Shown one piece after another: positions 58,905-64,000 of a DNA stretch of 64,000 nucleotides. The notes beneath the pieces are model-generated. The model was not told the DNA's origin. It worked only from the letters and a program-made list of their open reading frames with translations, and searched no databases. The DNA is from an uncultured bacterium. Its GTDB lineage: Bacteria; Patescibacteriota; Minisyncoccia; Moranbacterales; GWC2-37-73. The DNA is taken from positions 4,282 through 68,281 of the forward strand of contig CAINNK010000012.1 in the NCBI GenBank assembly GCA_903851135.1. The letters are read 5' to 3'. How positions within the stretch are numbered: position 1 is the first letter of the stretch; the number at the start of each line of letters is the position of its first letter. Made by a program: the position numbers and the translations under genes.

Positions 58905-58976
58905 GGAGGAGTCGCATAGTGGTCGAGTGCACCACCTTGTTCGCCCAAGGCGGATGCGCCTTGGGCGCAGAAAGGT
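58905..58976 (+). pseudogene. tRNA-Ser 5' half with a 30-nt double hairpin inserted in the anticodon
   Basis: GGAGGAGTCGCATAGTGGTCGAGTGCACCACCTTG [58940-58969] GAAAGGT. Confidence 0.75.
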
Positions 58977-58985
58977 ACCAATTAT

Positions 58986-59252
58986 ATGTTTTATATTTAT
59001 ATTATTTACAGTAAAAAACTGAATAAGAAATATATTGGATATTGTGAGAATCTAAAAAATAGAGTTAAGGAGCATAACAATGGAGAATCCAAATTTACTT
59101 CAAGAGGCGTTCCTTGGAGCCTGGTTTATTATCAAGTTTTTTTAAGTGAAGCTGATGCGCGTAACGAGGAAAGATTTTTGAAATCTGGAAAAGGAAGGGA
59201 TAGATTGAAATTCTTATTAAATGATACAATGAATAAAATCAAGCAATTTTAA
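58986..59252 (+). CDS. Stand-alone GIY-YIG nuclease
   Basis: YIYIIYS...YIGYC.NL..R..EHN.G...FT....PW.LVY......A...E..LKSG.GR. Confidence 0.93.
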   Translation: MFYIYIIYSKKLNKKYIGYCENLKNRVKEHNNGESKFTSRGVPWSLVYYQVFLSEADARNEERFLKSGKGRDRLKFLLNDTMNKIKQF

Positions 59253-59309
59253 TATTATTTTTGTCTGTTTGTGGTTACTATCTAATGAAATAATACATTA
59301 AAGTAATTT

Positions 59310-59399
59310 GGAGAGGTCGCATAGTGGTCTAGTGCACCACCTTGGAAAGGTGGCATACTGTAAAAGGTATCGGGGGTTCAAATCCCCCTCTCTCCTCCA
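59310..59399 (+). tRNA. tRNA-Ser(GGA)
   Basis: Acceptor GGAGAGG/TCTCTCC, anticodon arm CCACC-TTGGAAA-GGTGG, long variable arm, T arm GGGGG-TTCAAAT-CCCCC, encoded CCA. Confidence 0.95.
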
Positions 59400-59416
59400 A
59401 ATTCAAAAATGTGAAA

Positions 59417-59516
59417 GGGGATTAGAAGGGCGCGAGTGGGATGCGAGGAATACGAGCATTCTGTGTGTAGCGCCCAGGCTTCGAGTCGGAGCGAGAAGAA
59501 ATCCCCCTCTCTCCTC
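59417..59516 (+). repeat. tRNA-linked structured unit ending in an 18-bp duplication of the tRNA 3' end
   Basis: AAATCCCCCTCTCTCCTC at 59499-59516 equals 59380-59397; the unit starts with GGGGATTAGAA, approximately antisense to the T arm. Confidence 0.7.
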
Positions 59517-59672
59517 AATGAAGTTAAGAAAGAGAGCAAGCAAATGATTTTGCTTGTGTGGGGATTTGAACGCCGGAGCATATTTTTATCAGTGGATGAA
59601 AATGCGAGGCGGTGGTGCGAATATAAAAATAAATTATATTTAAAATTGTTCCAATCTTTATTTATAAAGAAT

Positions 59673-60740
59673 ATGAGTATAGAACAACCCAATTTTACTC
59701 CACAGTTTGAGAAAAAAAATGAAATCAAGGAAGCAGAAAAGCAACGCACCTACGCCGAAGTCCAGGCGGAAGTCAGTTCATTTCAGAAGCAATTTGGAGA
59801 AATGCAAAGTGAAATTAGAAAAACTCTGGAACTAGGGCAGATACCAGACGATGAGTATGAAAAAGTCCAATTGAGAAGAAAATTAGTGGAGGAAAAATAC
59901 GGGCAACTTATAGAAGAATTCACAACGTCTATGCAACGAGAGGCTGAGATTAACCGCACTCGTTACGAAAATGATTTTTTGACAACGTTGCCTCCCGAAA
60001 GAAGAAAATTAATAGAAAACCAAATAAGGGAAATATATAATAGTCATCCATTGTGGCATGGCACTGGAAAATCACGCTATACTTCGATTGGAGCATCGAA
60101 ATATGAAGGCATAGATCATGGCAAAGAGATAACGCAAGTATTGAGAAAAATTTTACAAGAAGGCATAGTGCCAGCCTACGATCCTTACGCAGAGCAATCA
60201 ATTGGAACACCAAAAAGTACTTCGCTCACAAAGCAAAGAATGCTAGCCAGGGCATTTTCTGATGTCAGCCTAGCAAAGGGCGATGAATTAAAGTTTACAT
60301 ACGGTGCTACTCTTTATTGGCATTCTCTATTATTGTTGAGGCAGGAAAAATTGGAAGAAATTTTACAGGGTAAGCCCAGCACCACAAAGCAGACCCAACT
60401 TTGGATTAATGATACGAACAATGAGACCATCATTATGGACGGTAGTGATGTTATTGAGACTTTGAGAAAAACGCGCTCAACCATTAAGGATAATTTTCCA
60501 GTTATTTTCGGGATTGATCCAATTAAAATTGTAACCAAAGATCTTAAAAAAATTGATATCAGTGCGGAAACTGAGATACGATCAATTGAGCCTATCCCAG
60601 TAGCGGCATTTACTCATATTGAAGTTCCTTGGAAAAATTTGGAAGAAGTGGAAGCATTGCTTAAAGAATTAAACATTGATTTGCCTGTCATTCCCATTGA
60701 GGAGGGAGAGCGGTGGATGAGTTATCATAAAGTTCAATAA
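59673..60740 (+). CDS. Coiled-coil protein with a putative ART-like domain
   Basis: LWHGTG...ILQEGIVP...STSLT...ARAFS pattern; start at MSIEQ. Confidence 0.5.
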   Translation: MSIEQPNFTPQFEKKNEIKEAEKQRTYAEVQAEVSSFQKQFGEMQSEIRKTLELGQIPDDEYEKVQLRRKLVEEKYGQLIEEFTTSMQREAEINRTRYENDFLTTLPPERRKLIENQIREIYNSHPLWHGTGKSRYTSIGASKYEGIDHGKEITQVLRKILQEGIVPAYDPYAEQSIGTPKSTSLTKQRMLARAFSDVSLAKGDELKFTYGATLYWHSLLLLRQEKLEEILQGKPSTTKQTQLWINDTNNETIIMDGSDVIETLRKTRSTIKDNFPVIFGIDPIKIVTKDLKKIDISAETEIRSIEPIPVAAFTHIEVPWKNLEEVEALLKELNIDLPVIPIEEGERWMSYHKVQ

Positions 60741-60793
60741 AGATTGCTCTATTCTTTTATCCTTTTGAAGCACAGTGCATAGCCATTTTGTGT

Positions 60794-60844
60794 AACTTTA
60801 TAAAGTTTGCAATTATTGACAAACTTTATAAAGTTTGATAATAT
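60794..60844 (+). promoter_or_regulatory. Leaderless promoter with twin palindromic operators
   Basis: AACTTTATAAAGTT (60794-60807) and CAAACTTTATAAAGTTTG (60820-60837); TTGACA-17-TAATAT ends 6 nt before the ATG. Confidence 0.75.
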
Positions 60845-60850
60845 TGGGGC

Positions 60851-61774
60851 ATGAATACTCAAGACAAGCTCAAAATCATTCAAAAGCTTTCAGGACTGAC
60901 TCAAACTGAAATTGCTGCCAAGGTAGGCGTGTCTTTTGTGGCGTTTAACAATTGGTGGAATGAAAAAGCTAAACCGAGAAAGAAACAAGTTGAGGCGATT
61001 GATGAGCTGTATCGGCTTTATACAGGACAAAAAGAAATTCCAGCAAGTGTTTTGGCTTCTAAAAAACAACTTTTACAAAAAAGATCAACAAGATTCAAAA
61101 GTGTGATTGAGGTGATTTTGAAAAATTCTGACATCTATGATCAGTTTTTATTGTCGCTGACCTATAATTCCAACAAGATTGAAGGTTCAACGCTTTCTGA
61201 GGACGAAACAGCGGACATTATTTTCAATAATAAATCGATTCCTAATAAAAGTATCATTGAACAACTTGAGGTCAAGAATCATCAAGCTGCGTTGCAATAT
61301 CTTTTTCAGTACCTCAAAAATTCCAAGAAAATTAATGAGGAGCTGATTTTGAAACTGCATAGCATCTTGATGAATGGAATCAGGGAGGATGCAGGCATGT
61401 ATCGAAATCACGGTGTGCGCATTGTGGGGTCAAATGTTCCAACTGCCAATTTTTTGAAAGTGCCAGTGTTAATGAAGGACATTGTTGAAAAGATAAGTCA
61501 AAAGAAAAAAGACGAAGTTGAACATATTTCTCAAATTCATGCCAGTTTCGAGCAAATTCATCCTTTTTCTGATGGTAATGGTCGGGTTGGCAGAATGATT
61601 TTAACAGCGATGCTTTTGAAAAGCAATTTTGCGCCAGCCGTCATCAAGCAAGAAGAAAAGCAAATCTATTATGCGTGCTTGCGCAAGGCGCAGCTTCAGG
61701 ATGATTCAACTCAATTGGAAGATTTCATTTGTGAAGCTGTTGAATTTGGATTTGAAATTATCGAGAGGAAATAA
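60851..61774 (+). CDS. XRE-HTH plus Fic domain protein
   Basis: GLTQTEIAAKVGVS HTH; TYNSNKIEGS; HPFSDGNGRVGR. Confidence 0.92.
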   Translation: MNTQDKLKIIQKLSGLTQTEIAAKVGVSFVAFNNWWNEKAKPRKKQVEAIDELYRLYTGQKEIPASVLASKKQLLQKRSTRFKSVIEVILKNSDIYDQFLLSLTYNSNKIEGSTLSEDETADIIFNNKSIPNKSIIEQLEVKNHQAALQYLFQYLKNSKKINEELILKLHSILMNGIREDAGMYRNHGVRIVGSNVPTANFLKVPVLMKDIVEKISQKKKDEVEHISQIHASFEQIHPFSDGNGRVGRMILTAMLLKSNFAPAVIKQEEKQIYYACLRKAQLQDDSTQLEDFICEAVEFGFEIIERK

Positions 61775-61857
61775 ATAATTACCAATTAATATTTTTTCCA
61801 ATTGCGTTTTAGTAAAAATGTTATTTAATTGGATTAATTATTGTCTAGTTAAATTTT

Positions 61858-62625
61858 ATGCCAGAATTACCAAAAAATACTTTTTATGATGTCAACAAAT
61901 TTCCAGCCGTGGAGGGCATGTTGGTATTCCCGATTTCCATGAGCAGGATTAGTAATGAATCTCAAAATGCTAAAAAATATTGGCAGTATCTTGAACACAT
62001 AAATCCAAATAAAATAAACAAAAATGTGCCCAACTCTAAAGTTGGTGCAATATTTGTGTATGGTGATTATCTTTATTTGTATTCAGATGAAAAAGCCGGC
62101 ACCTTGAAGCGAAGATATATGGACTTGGTGGCTTCTCACAAAAATTCATTTGGCAATTTATTAAAAGGTGACCCGCATCTGATTAGCGATAGTATTTCTT
62201 ACAAAGTATGGAATCAACTTTATTTGGATTGCGACAAATTCGTCTTTTATCTTGATAGTCTTAAAAAAATTTATGACGAAGATGAAAAATTCCAGAGTTA
62301 TATAAAAAAAGATTTTGAAAAATTGGATAATCCAAAAAGATTATTGGATGAAAATCAATTATGTTTTTTTCTTGAAGAACATTTGATGTTGTATCTCATA
62401 GCCAAAGGTCAAATGAAACTAGAAAACAGCTTTATCAATGGTCATGAGAAATGGATATTAGTGGCTTATCCCGGCAAACCCTTAAAAGCCCATGTCTATC
62501 TGCATCAGAAGAATTTTTTTAATTTGGATAATCCTCAAAATGCCTATCAAAACTCTTGGTATGATTTAGAAGGCAAAAAACTTTACGATTTCAATCGTAT
62601 TGATCTGGAAACGTTTGATCTTTAA
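61858..62625 (+). CDS. Hypothetical protein, possibly cyclodipeptide synthase-like fold
   Basis: LVFPISMS...N, VWNQL, FFLEE and VAYPG occur in CDPS-like order. Confidence 0.4.
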   Translation: MPELPKNTFYDVNKFPAVEGMLVFPISMSRISNESQNAKKYWQYLEHINPNKINKNVPNSKVGAIFVYGDYLYLYSDEKAGTLKRRYMDLVASHKNSFGNLLKGDPHLISDSISYKVWNQLYLDCDKFVFYLDSLKKIYDEDEKFQSYIKKDFEKLDNPKRLLDENQLCFFLEEHLMLYLIAKGQMKLENSFINGHEKWILVAYPGKPLKAHVYLHQKNFFNLDNPQNAYQNSWYDLEGKKLYDFNRIDLETFDL

Positions 62626-62672
62626 ATGTAGTTTGCACATAAAGCAAATATCACACTTTACAATTTAAAAAT

Positions 62673-62996
62673 ATGGCAACCAAACAAGCAACCGTCGATT
62701 ATATTTTGGATCAGTTAGCATCTTTGAATGGTGTGCACGCTCGCAAAATGTTTGGGGAATATGCGCTCTACTTCGACGGGAAAGTGGTGGGTCTGATTTG
62801 CGATGACACGCTTTTTGTCAAAATCACTGAGGGCGGCAAGCAATTTGTCGGCGGCTTTTATCAGGAAGGTTTTGCCTATCCCGGCGCCAAGGCTTCAGTG
62901 GAAATTTCCGGAGACCTGCTTGAGGATCATCGTTGGCTCTGCGAACTTATTCTGATCACCGCTAGTGAGTTGCCATTGCCAAAAAAGAAAAAATAA
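62673..62996 (+). CDS. TfoX N-terminal domain protein
   Basis: RKMFGEYALY.DGKVVGLICDDTLFVK, AYPGAK. Confidence 0.9.
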   Translation: MATKQATVDYILDQLASLNGVHARKMFGEYALYFDGKVVGLICDDTLFVKITEGGKQFVGGFYQEGFAYPGAKASVEISGDLLEDHRWLCELILITASELPLPKKKK

Positions 62997-63063
62997 AAAT
63001 TGAATATATTTTGTGAAATAAAAATAAGGCAGAACATTGGATATGTTCTGCCTTTAACCGTTT

Positions 63064-63633
63064 TTACTTTTTCATTGCGAAGCGGTAAGCATCGATAATG
63101 AAAAGTAAGGATGCTAATTGCTGTGCGGCAAGCATTGGGAAACCTTGGTTGGCTGTCAGCCATGCACATGAGATATGCATTGCGATATACCAGAGGTAAC
63201 CGTTCGCATTTTTCTTTGCAAGAAAGTATGTTCCTGCAAGGAAAGTGCTGGCCAGCACTATTTCTAACCACTGACTAAGGCTCCTAAATCCTCCAAGGTC
63301 ATAGATGCTATAACCTAAGCCTAGGACTATAGCGACTATTGAAAGACGATCCAGTAGCTTGTAAGCCTTGCTACTACCTTTCAAAGCAGTAATAATTCCA
63401 AGTACGATACTTGGAACGGCACTTGATTCCAGGCAAGCTGCGATCCAATCGTGACGAATCACGAATAGAATTACCCAAGCTGGCAAACCTATCAAGCAAG
63501 CTAGCCAAGAAGCAACACGCAGCCACTTCTTTAAATCTTTACTACCGCTTTTCTCTGCTCGCTCAGAAAGCGAAAAGAGAATTTTATTGAGGAGATAAAA
63601 AACTCCTCCCAATATCTGCAATAACGCTTCCAT
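63064..63633 (-). CDS. Multi-pass membrane protein
   Basis: About 6-7 hydrophobic segments in two similar halves. Confidence 0.7.
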   Translation of the reverse strand: MEALLQILGGVFYLLNKILFSLSERAEKSGSKDLKKWLRVASWLACLIGLPAWVILFVIRHDWIAACLESSAVPSIVLGIITALKGSSKAYKLLDRLSIVAIVLGLGYSIYDLGGFRSLSQWLEIVLASTFLAGTYFLAKKNANGYLWYIAMHISCAWLTANQGFPMLAAQQLASLLFIIDAYRFAMKK

Positions 63634-63665
63634 TTTATTCCTAGGTTTTATTTTTGGAATTTTTT

Positions 63666-63977
63666 TTACTTTTCTTCAACTGTCGTTCCTGGTACAAGGG
63701 CAACTCTCTCAAAATGTCCGTCCACATACTCTATGTGGACGGTTGCAATGAAATTTTTTGTGCCCTGTACGGGTACAGATTTTAGTGATACCTCTTTTGT
63801 CATCTCAAAATTTTTGAGCTGGTGTGCTCCATAAATGGAACAAAATATCAAACTTGTTGCCACAAGTCCAATAAGTTTATGCTTTAAGGGGATATCGAAA
63901 TCGAAAAGTGATATTGCAGCAACTAAAAAGCATACAAATATCACAATCATTATTACTGCGTAGTAAATATTTTCCAT
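63666..63977 (-). CDS. Hypothetical membrane protein
   Basis: Two TM segments and a short soluble tail. Confidence 0.55.
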   Translation of the reverse strand: MENIYYAVIMIVIFVCFLVAAISLFDFDIPLKHKLIGLVATSLIFCSIYGAHQLKNFEMTKEVSLKSVPVQGTKNFIATVHIEYVDGHFERVALVPGTTVEEK

Positions 63978-64000
63978 GGTCGTAGTTATTTGGTTTTCAA

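Noticed and set aside
58940-59309. Group I intron with homing endonuclease inside tRNA-Ser
   Set aside because: The downstream tRNA is complete by itself, and no group I core (P7, terminal G before a 3' exon) is recognisable.
59308-59672. ORF 59308-59547 and the N-terminal extension of ORF 59436
   Set aside because: They overlap the tRNA and its structured flanking repeats; the real start is more likely 59673.

Overview
AT-rich bacterial chromosome segment using the standard genetic code. Gene content and style (SD-less core genes, PilB/PilX-like pilus genes, many TrmB-like regulators, in-frame repeat insertions in core proteins) suggest a Patescibacteria/CPR (Parcubacteria-like) genome; this is inference. 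Core genes (polA, tsaE, ruvA/B/C, yebC, PBP1A, femX-like, murE, lemA, htpX, pyk, tRNA-Ser) alternate with accessory islands. Main observations: (1) Five TrmB-like regulators sit divergent to orphan genes. These genes share a TGTCAA-N5-TTGACA palindrome, duplicated promoters, a boxA-like leader and a strong SD, and three are followed by a covarying two-hairpin trailer, which looks like constant flanks around variable cargo. (2) A four-helix-bundle gene flanked by inverted 9-mer arrays lies between lemA and htpX, and many gene-less or in-frame 7-9-mer arrays occur elsewhere. (3) The tRNA-Ser locus has two interrupted 5' copies, a GIY-YIG nuclease gene and a 3'-end duplication. (4) Palindromes of 15/21/30/36 nt are inserted in frame in proteins. 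(5) A radical SAM/SPASM gene and an ART-like gene share an SD-sequestering leader. (6) There are candidate ncRNAs, an ATP-grasp/peptidase cluster and a tandem double PilB. No CRISPR array, rRNA, integrase, transposase or reverse transcriptase was seen. All calls come from reading motifs by eye; no database searches were run.
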